This document shows, one piece after another, positions 61,950 to 64,000 of a DNA stretch of 64,000 nt. This DNA is from Balanoglossus misakiensis (taxonomy: Eukaryota > Animalia > Hemichordata). Position numbers and translations under genes: made by a program. The DNA is taken from the NCBI GenBank assembly GCA_040954595.2, contig CM082577.2:16127903-16191902 (forward strand), read 5' to 3'. Under the pieces are notes generated by a model. It searched no databases, had not been told where the DNA came from, and saw only the letters and a program-made list of their open reading frames with translations. Every line of letters begins with the position of its first letter. Position 1 is the first letter of the stretch.

Positions 61950-62970
61950 AACATTCACACTGGCTGCCAGTGCATTTGATACAGTGGGTAATTTCCTCAC
62001 GGATATAAGGAGAGGTTTTGGAGGTGGGTTATTCACTTTTAGGGTGAATAAAGCCTCCTTCAACCAGTATTATTCACAGCTCGTTGATGAATTCCATGAA
62101 GGAGATGAACAGACACTTCACTACAGCAATGTAATTGGCCGACAAGATAGTACAAGTTATGTGGTAGTAGGCAAAAATGTAAGTATTCCAAACAAATTCA
62201 ATATAAATATTGATAATTTCATGAATATGGAAAGCAAAAAAATAGTTTTAAAAGTGTATAATTTATAGTGAGCATAATGGTTCAGGGAGTTTTCACATTT
62301 TATTTTTCACTGGAATTTAATAAATATTACTTGATAATCAAAAATAATAATCTTGACAATAATAGGGTTGCAGTACCCGTATTTTTTTGTAGTCAAATGA
62401 AATGATTAAAATATAAAACTTTATGTAAGTAGAGATATTAATACCTATTGTATAATATTGACTTACATCAATCTATTGGGTGTGGGTATAGTCACCACAA
62501 GTCCATCTGAGGAAAACATAAAATGCATCCAAAGTAAATAAATCATTCAACATTTTCATGATCACAGTAATTATTTATGGTAAACAGTAATTGTTTATGG
62601 TAAGAATACATGTATTATTTGACTTTGAAAAACAAGTTTGTGTCTTCAAAAAAGAACTGCCAAGATTAAAGGTCTACTTGCAAAGAGCAAGTGAGCCATC
62701 TTTCTATATTTAATTAAACTACATTTTATATGCTTATAATATTTATCAAATTATTAACATTATAATTTTTAGGTCCACTTTGATGCCGGGAAAGTACTAA
62801 CACCAAACAAGTACCAATGGTATGTATGTGAAGAGGCCCAGAAATTTGGGTTATGTGTCCCAGCACAGGTTAACATACCAAAAATGGCTGGTATAATGGA
62901 AATGGCCAACACAGCCTTCCTACGAAATGCATTTGCATTCCATATGGCAATGGCCTTTACAGTTGCTGCT
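61950..62970 (+). CDS. Two spliceable exons of an unidentified protein
   Basis: 61950-62178 (...SNVIGRQDSTSYVVVGKN|GT) and 62773-62970 (VHFDAGKVL...YQWYV...FLRNAFAFHMAMAFTVAA|GT) are in compatible phase with no stops. Confidence 0.5.
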
Positions 62971-63408
62971 GGTATGAACACTTTCTTCGAAAATGGGAAG
63001 ATTTTATATACAATGTAGGAAAGGTTTTTAACTGTAGTTTACTAGTACTTCAATTTGTAATTATGCACAGAAAAAATTTAACAGAGAAATGTACCAAGGC
63101 AATATAAAATTCTAAGAGTGTTTAAGGGTGAGATGCAGTTTTGCTGGTGATTTTTATTGACCTTGATTCAAATTAGTACTTCTAAAAAACAAATAAACAC
63201 AGATAATATATATTTTTTGATTGCTCTTTATCACAGCTTTATGTTCATTTTACTGTACGACCGAAAATAAGTGTAGTATTGATGTGAAAATGTGAATTAT
63301 TTTATAATCTGTATTTTTCTTCCTACGTCTTAATATTGTTGTTTGTGATTACACTGTTGTTTTTTAAAATTGCTTCATTTTCTGTTTTACACCCAAGATG
63401 CTGTTTAA

Positions 63409-63660
63409 CCCTCTGCGCCCCAGAACCCCAGAAAGGCCTGAAACGGCCTAACTAATCACATTCCAGAATGCCCAATTAGGCCTGATACGGCCACGTACGT
63501 ACACAGTGCGGTAATCCCAATAAGGCCTGAAAAGGCCTGCACGTCATAAGGGTACACACAAAGTGATTACATCACTATTTCTAGCCGTGACAGCTATACA
63601 TAAATCACTGACACTTGTGAACATGTTGCCTACAAATGCATTTTCCCGCCCCTCTAATGA
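63409..63660. mobile_element. piggyBac-like terminus fragment
   Basis: TTAA|CCCTCTGCGCCCC followed by three AGGCCTGA(A/T)A(C/A)GGCC subterminal repeats. The other end is not seen. Confidence 0.5.
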
Positions 63661-63675
63661 ATAATCAATTGAATC

Positions 63676-64000
63676 ATTGAACACTAGACTACTAAGTAAT
63701 CAAAAATCTGCTGATTATATGAAGAAGCGGGTGTATGGTGAAGAAAGTGTCAGGGCAATTCCAAAAAATAGGCAGCCTGCTCTATTAAGGTGATGAGAAT
63801 GCATAGGCCTGGATACCGGGGTGGGGGTGGGAGGGGGTTGCATTTTGTCTTTATTTATAGTGTGCATTTAAGGCTGCCGCACACAAGAGAAGTTAGCTGA
63901 GCAAAAAGTCATTCGAGGAATTTTGCTCAGCAATTTCCTTCCGTGTGCGGGCGATTTTTCCTGATCTTTTTACTTTTGCGCCGCGGATCACGATATTCAA
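63676..64000 (+). repeat. Duplicate of 58460-58608, including ~180 bp absent from the first copy
   Basis: Both copies contain CATTGAACACTAGACTACTAA...GATTATATG and CAAAAAGTCATTCGAGG...CACGATATTCAA. Confidence 0.85.

Overview
Eukaryotic, probably marine-invertebrate, genomic DNA: AT-rich, with GT-AG introns and no prokaryotic operons. One clear host gene is present, a secreted signal peptide-TSP1-EGF-11x cbEGF protein (CDS 11445-16739) with a TATA/Inr promoter and a 10-bp frameshifting deletion in one EGF exon. The rest is a dense, nested transposon field. It holds a Polinton-type PolB pseudogene joined to a RecQ fragment and a Crypton tyrosine-recombinase element with three related non-autonomous hairpin elements. 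A young, full-length Ngaro (DIRS-group) retroelement sits inside a 9-bp-TSD TIR element, which itself sits inside a pogo-type transposase. Also present are two ~4.5-kb Academ-like copies, an intronless PIF1 fragment, an 11-exon CACTA/CMC-like transposase with an open spliced frame, an EnSpm transposase split by an L1/Tx1 insertion, and BEL/Pao, Kolobok, Tc1/mariner, Harbinger and piggyBac remnants. The most striking signal is four long Crypton-associated hairpins from three unrelated stem families. They share strand-specific tandem GA/GA mismatches and GNA triloops (seen directly in three, reconstructed in the fourth), and two of them sit between ends of different Crypton modules. This suggests single-stranded, attC-like recombination sites for a eukaryotic tyrosine recombinase. 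All family calls come from motif recognition by eye; no database search was run.
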